From NCBI GenBank assembly GCA_041752735.1, contig JBGSVW010000006.1:30399-94398 (forward strand): DNA of 64,000 nucleotides, read 5' to 3'. Made by a program: the position numbers and the translations under genes. This document shows positions 56,213 through 64,000 of this stretch, piece by piece (positions within the stretch are counted from its first letter, which is position 1; every line of letters starts with the position of its first letter). Below the pieces are notes generated by a model. It was not told where the DNA came from, searched no databases, and saw only the letters and a program-made list of their open reading frames with translations. Origin of the DNA: Anaerovoracaceae bacterium (GTDB lineage: Bacteria; Bacillota; Clostridia; Peptostreptococcales; Anaerovoracaceae).

Positions 56213-56298
56213 TGCTGTGTTTGTCTTCTGGGTTGCAAAAACGAGGCTGGCTTTCTCTAGTTCTTTTTTGTTTTTTTGCCTAACCCCCGTTACAAATT

Positions 56299-56316
56299 TA
56301 TACCGAGTGGTATAAT
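56299..56316 (+). promoter_or_regulatory. extended -10 promoter overlapped by a 6-4-6 palindrome (CsoR-type operator candidate)
   Basis: TATACC-GAGT-GGTATA (56299-56314) overlaps TGGTATAAT (-10 at 56311-56316). Confidence 0.45.
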
Positions 56317-56356
56317 AAAGGTATCAATCGAAAGATAGAAATTGGAGGACGGTCCA

Positions 56357-56557
56357 ATGAAAACCGTGATAAATGTCGAAGGAATGTCGTGCGCCCATTG
56401 CGTCAATGCCGTGAATCGCGCGTTGAGGGAAGTAGAAGGTGTCGTCGCCGTAGACGTGGATTTGCAGTCCAAAACAGCTACTGTAGAGCATAGTGATACA
56501 ACAACCTTCGACAATATGAAAAAAGCAATTGAAGAAGCAGGGTACGAAGTCGTATAA
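56357..56557 (+). CDS. copZ: copper chaperone CopZ (heavy-metal-associated domain)
   Basis: It has MKTVINVEGMSCAHCVNAV with the MxCxxC motif. The ATG follows GGAGGA. Confidence 0.88.
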   Translation: MKTVINVEGMSCAHCVNAVNRALREVEGVVAVDVDLQSKTATVEHSDTTTFDNMKKAIEEAGYEVV

Positions 56558-56601
56558 ACTAAGTATCCTGCTTTTCTGTTTTATCATTATATTTTATCCT
56601 A

Positions 56602-57924
56602 TTATTTAATTTCCACCAGGTGGAATATTTTTTTGCCCTTTTGGATTAGCAGTTTGCCCTCTTCAAAGTCGGAGACTGCGACCATCCTCTTGGCATCGGT
56701 GACTTTTTCTCCCTTCACCAGCAGCCCGCCCTGTTGAATCGTTCGGAAGCCTTCCGCATTGCTGGGCACCAATCCGATTTCCCGGATTAGGTTCACAATA
56801 CCCATGCCTTCTCCGGCAAACAGCGCCTCGTCCAACTTGGTCGTTGGGATGTTCTCCAAATCGCCACCACCGCCGAAGGCTGCTTTTGCTCCGTCCAAAG
56901 CCTTTTGAGCTTCCTCTTCTCCGTGCACCAACTTGGTTACTTCGAAGGCAAGAATTTCTTTGGCCTTGTTGATTTCCGCATCAGGCAAGGAAGACAACCG
57001 CTCGACTTCTTCCATGGGCAAGAAAGTCAGCATACGCAGGCATTTGGCTACGTCCGCATCCTCCACATTCCGCCAGTATTGGAAAAATTCATAAGGTGAG
57101 GTCTTTTCTTTGTCCAGCCACAGCGCGCCCTTTTGGGTCTTGCCCATTTTGTTGCCTTCACTGTTTGTGAGCAGCGCAAAGGTCATTCCGTAGACTTGCT
57201 TACCCAGCTCACGTCTGGATAGATCAACACCAAATAAAATGTTGGACCACTGGTCGTTTCCACCAAACTGCATTTTGCAGTCAATGTCTCTGGCCATGAC
57301 CATAAAATCATAGGATTGCATCAACATGTAATTGAATTCAAGGAAAGACAAACCGGTTTCCAGCCGCTGCTTGAAGCACTCAGCTCTTAGCATGGCGTTG
57401 ACGCTGAAATGCCTACCGATGTCCCGAATGAAATCAATGTAGTTCAAAGGCATTAGCCAGCTGGCATTGTTGACACAAATGGCTTTGCCCGGATCCGGTT
57501 CTTTGTTTGCCGGAGCTTTTTGTCCAAAAGCGCCGCCTTTGTATTGATATTCGTCGTCAAATTCCAGGTAACGGTCAAAGAGATGTTTAAATTTCCGGCC
57601 GTTTTCCGCAATGGTTTCTTCCGTCATCATCTGCCGCATATCTGTTCTGCCCGAAGGGTCTCCCACCATGGTGGTTCCGGCACCGATGAGAACAATGGGT
57701 GTATGCCCGAATTTTTGCATATACATCATGATGATGACCTGCATGAAATGGCCTACGTGAAGAGAGTCCGCAGTAGGATCAAAGCCGATATAAAAACGGA
57801 TTTTTTCGCTTCCCAAAAGATCCCGGATTTCCTCCTCATGGGTGCATTGCTCTATAAAGCCTCTTTCTTTCAGCACATCAAACACATTGGTATGCTTACT
57901 GACATCATCTCTGATTAAATTCAT
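56602..57924 (-). CDS. tyrS: tyrosine--tRNA ligase
   Basis: It has the HIGH-type motif LHVGH, the KMSKS-type motif KMGKT, and a C-terminal S4 domain. Confidence 0.92.
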   Translation of the reverse strand: MNLIRDDVSKHTNVFDVLKERGFIEQCTHEEEIRDLLGSEKIRFYIGFDPTADSLHVGHFMQVIIMMYMQKFGHTPIVLIGAGTTMVGDPSGRTDMRQMMTEETIAENGRKFKHLFDRYLEFDDEYQYKGGAFGQKAPANKEPDPGKAICVNNASWLMPLNYIDFIRDIGRHFSVNAMLRAECFKQRLETGLSFLEFNYMLMQSYDFMVMARDIDCKMQFGGNDQWSNILFGVDLSRRELGKQVYGMTFALLTNSEGNKMGKTQKGALWLDKEKTSPYEFFQYWRNVEDADVAKCLRMLTFLPMEEVERLSSLPDAEINKAKEILAFEVTKLVHGEEEAQKALDGAKAAFGGGGDLENIPTTKLDEALFAGEGMGIVNLIREIGLVPSNAEGFRTIQQGGLLVKGEKVTDAKRMVAVSDFEEGKLLIQKGKKIFHLVEIK

Positions 57925-57987
57925 CTTTCCCTCCTGTTGCCCCGGGAGCGGGGATATTGTTGCGGCGACCCGAGGGTCGCCGGCTTG

Positions 57988-59796
57988 TTATTTATTTAGT
58001 CGCTCTTGGGTGGCAATGAGTTCATCCATTAATTTTTTAGGTAAATGTTCGCCGAATTCATCGTAGAATTTTTTGACGTTTTCCATTTCCACCTTCCAAA
58101 GATCGTTGTCCACGGTCAGTAAATCTTTCATGATATCATCGTTCACATCATCCAAGTGGTCGATGTCGATGTCCTCGGGATACGGCATCATTCCGATGGG
58201 TGTTTCGACAGCCTCAAGGCCATCATGGCAACGTGTCAAAATCCATTCCAGAACTCGAAGGTTATCGCCGAATCCAGGCCAGATAAACTTGCCTGCATCG
58301 TTGGTGCGGAACCAGTTCACATTGAAAATCTTAGGTTTGTGTTCGATTTTCCTTCCCATCTCCAACCAATGTGCCCAGTAGTCACCCATGTGATATCCGC
58401 AAAATGGCAGCATCGCCATGGGATCGCGTCGAACAACGCCCACTGCACCTTCTTTGGCCGCAGTGGTTTCAGAAGCCATGATGGATCCCACGAAAACACC
58501 GTGATTCCAATCTCTAGCCTGATAAACCAGTGGTGCGGTTTTCGCTCTTCTGCCTCCAAAAATAATTGCTGAGATGGGTACGCCTTTGGCGCTGTTGAAT
58601 TCTGATGAAATGCAGGGGCAATTTTCAGCCGGTGCGGTAAACCTTGAATTGGGGTGCGCGCCTTTTTCACCGGAAGCAGCGGTCCAGGGTTCCCCTTTCC
58701 AGTCGAGAGCATGGGTGGGCGGAGTATCCGTCAACCCTTCCCACCAAACTGTATTGTCATCCAGATTCTTCACCACATTGGTAAAGATGGTGTTCTTTTT
58801 TGTGGTCTCAAGTGCATTGGGATTGGTCTTGGCATTGGTACCCGGCGCAACGCCGAAGAATCCATATTCCGGATTCACAGCCCAAAGCCGCCCGTCATCA
58901 CCGACCCGAAGCCAGGCTATGTCATCTCCAACGCAGTATACTTTCCAGCCGGACTTCACGTAATGAGCCGGTGGAATCAACATGGCCAAGTTTGTTTTAC
59001 CACAAGCTGATGGGAATGCTGCTGCTACATAGCGAACTTCTCCTCTAGGGTTTTCGATGCCCAGAATCAGCATATGCTCAGCCAGCCATCCTTCTCTTCT
59101 TCCGTAGAAGGATGCCAGCCTAAGGGCTAAACATTTTTTACCCAAAAGAACGTTCCCGCCGTAACCGGAATTTAGGGACATGATGGTGTTGTCTTCCGGG
59201 AAATGTGCGATGTAACGATTTTCTGGGTCCAGTTTCACTTTAGAATGGACACCTCTGGTAAATTCTTTGGAATCTCCAATGGCATCCAAAACGGATTTGC
59301 CCATTCGGGTCATAATTGCCATAGATATGACGACATAAATGGAGTCCGTTATTTCGACACCATACTTTGCAAAGGGAGATCCAACCACGCCCATGGAAAA
59401 TGGGATGATATACATTTCCCTTCCTTCCATGGCACCATCCAAAATACCGTCCAGTTTGGCGTACATTTCTTTTGGATCCATCCAATTATTGGTGGGACCT
59501 GCGTCCTCCTCCTTGCGGGTGCAAATAAAAGTACGGTCCTCTACTCTGGCAACGTCGTTTGGATGGCTTCGATGTAATACACACCCAGGGAGTTTTTCTT
59601 CGTTAAGTTTTTCAAGGATGCCTAGTTCATATCCTTCTTGACGAAGGGACTCCAATTGATCCTGGTCTCCCGTAATCCAAATAACGGATGATGGTCTCGC
59701 AATTTTTGCGATTCTGTCAACCCACTTAAGCATATGTGCGTTGCCGGTGATGGGATTGTCCTTCCCAAATGTAGCTGTCATTCGATTTTCCTCCAC
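57988..59796 (-). CDS. pckG: phosphoenolpyruvate carboxykinase (GTP)
   Basis: It is 602 aa with FPSACGKTN and the GTP-PEPCK pattern throughout. Confidence 0.92.
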   Translation of the reverse strand: MEENRMTATFGKDNPITGNAHMLKWVDRIAKIARPSSVIWITGDQDQLESLRQEGYELGILEKLNEEKLPGCVLHRSHPNDVARVEDRTFICTRKEEDAGPTNNWMDPKEMYAKLDGILDGAMEGREMYIIPFSMGVVGSPFAKYGVEITDSIYVVISMAIMTRMGKSVLDAIGDSKEFTRGVHSKVKLDPENRYIAHFPEDNTIMSLNSGYGGNVLLGKKCLALRLASFYGRREGWLAEHMLILGIENPRGEVRYVAAAFPSACGKTNLAMLIPPAHYVKSGWKVYCVGDDIAWLRVGDDGRLWAVNPEYGFFGVAPGTNAKTNPNALETTKKNTIFTNVVKNLDDNTVWWEGLTDTPPTHALDWKGEPWTAASGEKGAHPNSRFTAPAENCPCISSEFNSAKGVPISAIIFGGRRAKTAPLVYQARDWNHGVFVGSIMASETTAAKEGAVGVVRRDPMAMLPFCGYHMGDYWAHWLEMGRKIEHKPKIFNVNWFRTNDAGKFIWPGFGDNLRVLEWILTRCHDGLEAVETPIGMMPYPEDIDIDHLDDVNDDIMKDLLTVDNDLWKVEMENVKKFYDEFGEHLPKKLMDELIATQERLNK

Positions 59797-59811
59797 TGTA
59801 ATTATTATTGA

Positions 59812-60441
59812 CTATTTGGTTCCGTATAGACGGTCGCCGGCATCTCCTAGTCCGGGAACAATATACGCATGCTCGTTGAGCTTTTCATCTTTGGCCGCAA
59901 TATAGATGTCCACATCAGGATGTTCCCGCTGGAGCACTTCAATTCCTTCGGGTGCTGCAATAAGACACATAAATACGATGTTTTTGCCACCCTTCTCTTT
60001 GATAAAATCAATGGCTGCCGAAGCACTTCCACCTGTAGCAAGCATGGGATCCACCACGAAGATTTTTCGCTTGTCCAAATCCTGTGGAAGTTTGCAATAG
60101 TATTCAACCGGCTTATGGGTTTCTGGATCTCTGTATAAGCCCACATGCCCCACCTTTGCGTTGGGGACAAGTGCCAGAAGACCATCTACTAATCCTAAGC
60201 CTGCTCGGAGAATTGGCACGATGGCGATGTCTTCCCCTTTGAGCATGTTCATTTTTGCTGAGCAAATGGGTGTTTCGATTTCAACTTCCTGTAAAGGCAA
60301 ATCTCTGGTTGCCTCGTAACCCATCAGCATGGCTATCTCTCGAACCAATTCCCGGAAATCCTTCACGCTGGTTTCGGTTTTTCGAATCATAGCAGTCTTG
60401 TGTTGAATTAGCGGATGATCGAATACATATACTTTACCCAT
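59812..60441 (-). CDS. upp: uracil phosphoribosyltransferase
   Basis: Matches are [21 protein letters not shown] and [12 protein letters not shown]. Confidence 0.93.
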   Translation of the reverse strand: MGKVYVFDHPLIQHKTAMIRKTETSVKDFRELVREIAMLMGYEATRDLPLQEVEIETPICSAKMNMLKGEDIAIVPILRAGLGLVDGLLALVPNAKVGHVGLYRDPETHKPVEYYCKLPQDLDKRKIFVVDPMLATGGSASAAIDFIKEKGGKNIVFMCLIAAPEGIEVLQREHPDVDIYIAAKDEKLNEHAYIVPGLGDAGDRLYGTK

Positions 60442-60485
60442 TGTTTCCCTCCAATTTTACTATACGATGGTTGCTTGATGAATGA

Positions 60486-60917
60486 TTAAAGTTGATTTAA
60501 TTTATCGATACGTCGCTGGTGGCGGCCGCCCTCAGCATCCGTAGTGAGCCAGGTATCGACGATTTCAATAGCCAAGTCCGGCGGCGTCAGTCTGCCACCC
60601 AAAGAAATAACGTTGGCATCGTTATGGCTCTTGGCCAAAACAGCCATTTCAACGCTGGTCAAGAGTGCGCATCGCACACCTTTGACTTTATTTGCGGCAA
60701 TGCAAATGCCAATGCCCGAACCACAAAATACGATGCCGGCATCTGCCTTTCCTTGTGCTACAATTTCTCCGGCTGCATAACCAAAATCCGGATAATCCAC
60801 TGATTCTTCGGAGGTGGTACCTAAATCCATCATATCATAGCCCTTTTCAGTCAGGTGCTTCTTGATGACCTCTTTTAGGTCGTACCCGCCGTGATCGCTT
60901 GCCAATACAATTTTCAT
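60486..60917 (-). CDS. rpiB: ribose-5-phosphate isomerase B
   Basis: Matches are MKIVLASDHGGYDLK and CGSGIGICIAANK. Confidence 0.92.
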   Translation of the reverse strand: MKIVLASDHGGYDLKEVIKKHLTEKGYDMMDLGTTSEESVDYPDFGYAAGEIVAQGKADAGIVFCGSGIGICIAANKVKGVRCALLTSVEMAVLAKSHNDANVISLGGRLTPPDLAIEIVDTWLTTDAEGGRHQRRIDKLNQL

Positions 60918-60918
60918 G

Positions 60919-61914
60919 TTAAACCCTCACTATGTTATATCCTGCGGATTTGAACATTCTGTTCATTACCGCAAATCCAACGCCATCGGTATCGCTTAAA
61001 GCGCCGGCAAGAATCAAATCCACGTCCTGCGCGTCCAGGTCTCTCAGCTGGGCGAAAAAGTTGTGCGCTGCCTCTACAAAGGCTTTTTCTTCAAATAGGA
61101 TAACGCCAACTTTGTTTCCTATCTTTTCGTTGGCAATCCGGAGCCGCTCTATTTCGGTTTTGACTTTGTCACGACTTCCTTCCACAACCAACATTTGTGC
61201 TTTCGGGGCGTAGTGTTTATATTTCATGCCGGGGGACTTGGCCACCAGTTCTTCCTCCGGAAGTCCTTTGAGTGAAGGATCCAAGTGCACGGGTTTTTCG
61301 AGAACCGCTTCGATGTTGTCCGCTGTGATAATGCCCGGACGTAGAATCATTGGCATTTCTCCCGTCAGATCCAACACTGTGGATTCAATGCCCACTCTGC
61401 AGTCGCTGCCCATCAAAATGGCGTCTACCTTGCCCATCAGGTCGTCTTTGACATGATCTGCTTTGGTAGGACTGGGTTTGCCGGAAAGATTAGCGCTGGG
61501 AGCTGCAATGGGTACACCAGAAAGTCGAATCAGCTCCAGTGCTACCGGGTGGTCCGGCATTCGAACGGCTACAGTTTCAAGACCGCCAGTAGTGCGCAAA
61601 GGTACGTTGTCCTTTTTTTTGACCACAAGCGTCAGGGGTCCCGGCCAAAAATGGTCAATAAGTTTGATCATATCCTGAGTAATAAACGGCGTTAGCTGCC
61701 CTATTTCGCTGGCACGGGAAATATGGACAATCATAGGATTGTCACTGGGTCTTCCTTTGGCCTCATAAATCCGAGCCACCGCTTCTGGGTTTAAGGCATC
61801 CGCCCCAAGACCATAAACGGTTTCGGTGGGGAATGCCACCAGGCCTCCCTCTCGTATAATCAGGGCTGCAGCCTCAATATTTTCTTTTGTGCTTTCGAAT
61901 ATCTTTGTGTTCAT
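60919..61914 (-). CDS. tsaC: L-threonylcarbamoyladenylate synthase (long Sua5/YwlC form)
   Basis: Matches are GGLVAFPTETVYGLGA and SANLSGKPSPT, plus a Sua5 C-terminal domain. Confidence 0.9.
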   Translation of the reverse strand: MNTKIFESTKENIEAAALIIREGGLVAFPTETVYGLGADALNPEAVARIYEAKGRPSDNPMIVHISRASEIGQLTPFITQDMIKLIDHFWPGPLTLVVKKKDNVPLRTTGGLETVAVRMPDHPVALELIRLSGVPIAAPSANLSGKPSPTKADHVKDDLMGKVDAILMGSDCRVGIESTVLDLTGEMPMILRPGIITADNIEAVLEKPVHLDPSLKGLPEEELVAKSPGMKYKHYAPKAQMLVVEGSRDKVKTEIERLRIANEKIGNKVGVILFEEKAFVEAAHNFFAQLRDLDAQDVDLILAGALSDTDGVGFAVMNRMFKSAGYNIVRV

Positions 61915-62981
61915 TAGAAATTTTTCATCTTTTCTGCCTGGTCGTGTGTCGTCAGGCCATCTATGATTTCGTCCATGTCTCCCTTAAGGAAACTGTCCAG
62001 TTTATATAGGGTAACGCCGGTACGGTGATCCGAAATTCTGCCTTGCGGGTAGTTATAGGTACGAATTCGCTCACTTCGGTCTCCGGAGCCGACTTGACTT
62101 TTACGTTGCTCGGATATTTCTTTGTTTTGTTCATTGATCATCAAGTCATATAGGCGGGACTTCAATACCTTGAAGGCCTTGTCTTTGTTTTTGATCTGAG
62201 ACTTTTCATCCTGGCAGGTGACCACCAGTCCAGTGGGTACATGGGTCAAACGAACCGCGGAGTCGGTGGTATTGACGCTCTGTCCTCCGTTGCCGGAAGC
62301 CCGATACACGTCCACTCGAACGTCATTGGGATTCAGGTCCACTTCAACATCTTCCACTTCAGGCAAAACTGCCACTGTGGCCGCTGAGGTATGGATTCTA
62401 CCACTGGCTTCCGTTTCAGGAACTCGCTGGACCCGGTGGACGCCGCTTTCGTATTTCAATCTGGAGAAAGCACCTTTCCCTTTGATCAAGACAACAACTT
62501 CTTTGATTCCACCGATTTCGGTATCATTTATTTCGATGATTTCAGACTTCCAGCGCATTTTTTCGGCGTACATCCGATACATACGCAAAAGCTCCATGCC
62601 AAATAGTGCGGCCTCATCGCCACCGGTACCGGCACGGATTTCTAAAATAACGTTTTTGTCATCGTTGGGATCTTTGGGCAACAGTAATTTTTGGAGATCC
62701 TCTTCCAACGGCGTCAGTTGATCCTGAAGGGAATATAGTTCTTCTTTGGCCATTTCCTTCAGTTCATCATCCATGCCACCTTCGTCCAGCATCTCCTTGG
62801 CACCCTTTAAATCTTCTTTGACTTTTCGGTATTCTTTGTATTTATTTACGATGGGTTCCATCTCAGCCATCTCTTTGATATGCTTCCGCCACAGGTTCTG
62901 ATCCGCAATGATTTCGGGGTCGGAAACCTTGGCTGACAGCTCCTCATATTTGTCAGAAATGAACTCTAATTTATCAAACAT
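61914..62981 (-). CDS. prfA: peptide chain release factor 1
   Basis: It has the PET tripeptide region (VPETEASGR) and the GGQ motif ([16 protein letters not shown]). Confidence 0.93.
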   Translation of the reverse strand: MFDKLEFISDKYEELSAKVSDPEIIADQNLWRKHIKEMAEMEPIVNKYKEYRKVKEDLKGAKEMLDEGGMDDELKEMAKEELYSLQDQLTPLEEDLQKLLLPKDPNDDKNVILEIRAGTGGDEAALFGMELLRMYRMYAEKMRWKSEIIEINDTEIGGIKEVVVLIKGKGAFSRLKYESGVHRVQRVPETEASGRIHTSAATVAVLPEVEDVEVDLNPNDVRVDVYRASGNGGQSVNTTDSAVRLTHVPTGLVVTCQDEKSQIKNKDKAFKVLKSRLYDLMINEQNKEISEQRKSQVGSGDRSERIRTYNYPQGRISDHRTGVTLYKLDSFLKGDMDEIIDGLTTHDQAEKMKNF

Positions 62982-63035
62982 TTATATCTCCTTAATGTTG
63001 TATCTCAATCGTATATTATATCATGCTTTGATATA

Positions 63036-63063
63036 TAAAAAAACCGGAAATTGCTTTCCGGTT
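63036..63063 (-). terminator. terminator after rpmE
   Basis: AACCGGAAA-ttgc-TTTCCGGTT has a T-run on the minus strand. Confidence 0.75.
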
Positions 63064-63072
63064 TCTGTATTC

Positions 63073-63273
63073 CTAGTCGATGTTGTACTTGTTTTTGAAC
63101 TTTTCGACACGTCCGCCACGGTTCACAAACTTTTGCTGTCCTGTAAAGAACGGGTGGCACGCTGAGCAAACGTCGAGCCTTAAGTCACTTTCCATTGATT
63201 TTGTGACGAACTCGTTACCGCATGCGCAAGTTACTTTACATTCCTGGTACTTAGGATGGATTCCTTCCTTCAT
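63073..63273 (-). CDS. rpmE: 50S ribosomal protein L31 (Zn-binding type A)
   Basis: Matches are [22 protein letters not shown]...[10 protein letters not shown]. The start is the internal Met of the track ORF. Confidence 0.92.
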   Translation of the reverse strand: MKEGIHPKYQECKVTCACGNEFVTKSMESDLRLDVCSACHPFFTGQQKFVNRGGRVEKFKNKYNID

Positions 63274-63354
63274 GCATATCACCTCTTTCCTGCTCAGGGT
63301 TGCCCCTTGCATAATTACCGCAAGTTCTATTGCAGCCTGTTTAATATATCATAT

Positions 63355-64000
63355 TCACCCTTTGCTGGCAAGTGGTTTTTTGCGTCCAGCCAACTGGGCT
63401 ACAACAGTCCGATCATTCTTTGCCAGATCCTTATATACGACGATTTCGTCGAAGACGCCCTGCTCCACTAACAATTTGACAACGGCCTTTGCTTGGTCAT
63501 GGCCAATCTCCAGCACCAGCCATCCAGCTTTTTTTAAGTGCCCGGGAGCACCGGCAATAATCTTCTGGTAAAAATCCAGTCCGGTGGGTCCGCCATCCAG
63601 GGCTTGCTGAGGCTCAAATCGACGCACCTCATCTGCCAAGGTACCAATAATCTCCCTTGGAATGTAAGGAGGATTGCTGACAATCATCTCATATTTTTTA
63701 TGTCCCAGGGGTACAAATAGGTCCCCAATCTGGACATCCATTTTGACATTGTTGCGCTTGATGTTGGATTGGGTCAGGGCTTTTGCTGCTGCGCTGTTAT
63801 CGGTGGCTGTGACTTTCAGCCCAGGATTTCGCTTGGCCAGAGAAATACCGATGACACCACTTCCACAGCACAAATCCAGCACCGTCTTCACTTTGTTGGT
63901 GCGGATGATTTCCTCCGCCTTTTCTACAACAGTCTCTGTGTCGTGACGTGGGATCAATACGTCCTCCCGTACACCAAAGGTCAACCCCATGAAGTCCTGG
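63355..64000 (-). CDS. prmC: release factor glutamine methyltransferase, N-terminus beyond the right edge
   Basis: Matches are LIPRHDTE, DLCCGSGVIG and IVSNPPY. The reading frame stays open to the window end. Confidence 0.85.
   Translation of the reverse strand, partial: QDFMGLTFGVREDVLIPRHDTETVVEKAEEIIRTNKVKTVLDLCCGSGVIGISLAKRNPGLKVTATDNSAAAKALTQSNIKRNNVKMDVQIGDLFVPLGHKKYEMIVSNPPYIPREIIGTLADEVRRFEPQQALDGGPTGLDFYQKIIAGAPGHLKKAGWLVLEIGHDQAKAVVKLLVEQGVFDEIVVYKDLAKNDRTVVAQLAGRKKPLASKG

Noticed and set aside
56213-56290. I considered a possible third copy of terminator module B after the GyrI-like gene (TGTTTGTCTTCTGGG versus TGTTGTCTGGGG).
   Set aside because: The similarity is limited to about 12 nt and no matching hairpin arms are present. 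It is not distinguishable from chance.
1-64000. I searched for CRISPR arrays, rRNA genes, IS elements with terminal inverted repeats, prophage structural genes and known multi-gene defense systems.
   Set aside because: No regularly spaced direct repeats, no rRNA-like conserved blocks, and no transposase (DDE/Y1) or phage structural ORFs were seen by eye. The only recombinases are the two serine recombinases.

Overview
This 64 kb window looks like a Clostridia-type Firmicute chromosome segment with mid-range GC (judged by eye, not computed). Most of it is housekeeping. It holds a fused hisZ-hisG gene, a leuA-leuC-leuD-leuB-pheA operon, and hisD. It also holds an aro supraoperon (aroF-tyrA-aroB-aroA-aroC-aroE/aroK). 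A long minus-strand block covers replication, ribosome and envelope functions (rpsF-ssb-rpsR ... yybS-rplI-dnaB-DUF1858-dnaD-like-M23-ftsB-rnmV-rsmA-ltaS-like). Further genes are pan genes, tyrS, pckG, upp, rpiB, tsaC, prfA, rpmE and prmC. No rRNA genes or CRISPR arrays were seen, and there is one tRNA, tRNA-Pro(CGG). Several places stand out. (1) A visibly AT-rich cassette sits between rpsR and yybS. It encodes an extra RNase III paralog with two tandem dsRBDs, translationally coupled to an unlisted 54-aa acidic, Cys-containing ORF. Near-identical copies of a terminator hairpin bracket it, and a 500-nt noncoding tract full of a short repeated motif lies next to it. (2) A ribosome-mediated attenuator lies upstream of the aro operon. 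It has a Tyr/Phe-rich 26-codon leader peptide and mutually exclusive 1:2, 2:3 and 3:4 pairings. (3) An orphan structured RNA of about 350 nt has a consensus promoter and an antiterminator/terminator pair but no downstream gene. (4) A mosaic island next to tRNA-Pro carries two tandem large serine recombinases, a PadR-MFS-UppP-CGGC cargo module, duplicated terminator modules, a recombinase 3' remnant and a truncated AraC gene. All function calls rest on motif recognition in the translated ORFs, and no database search was possible.
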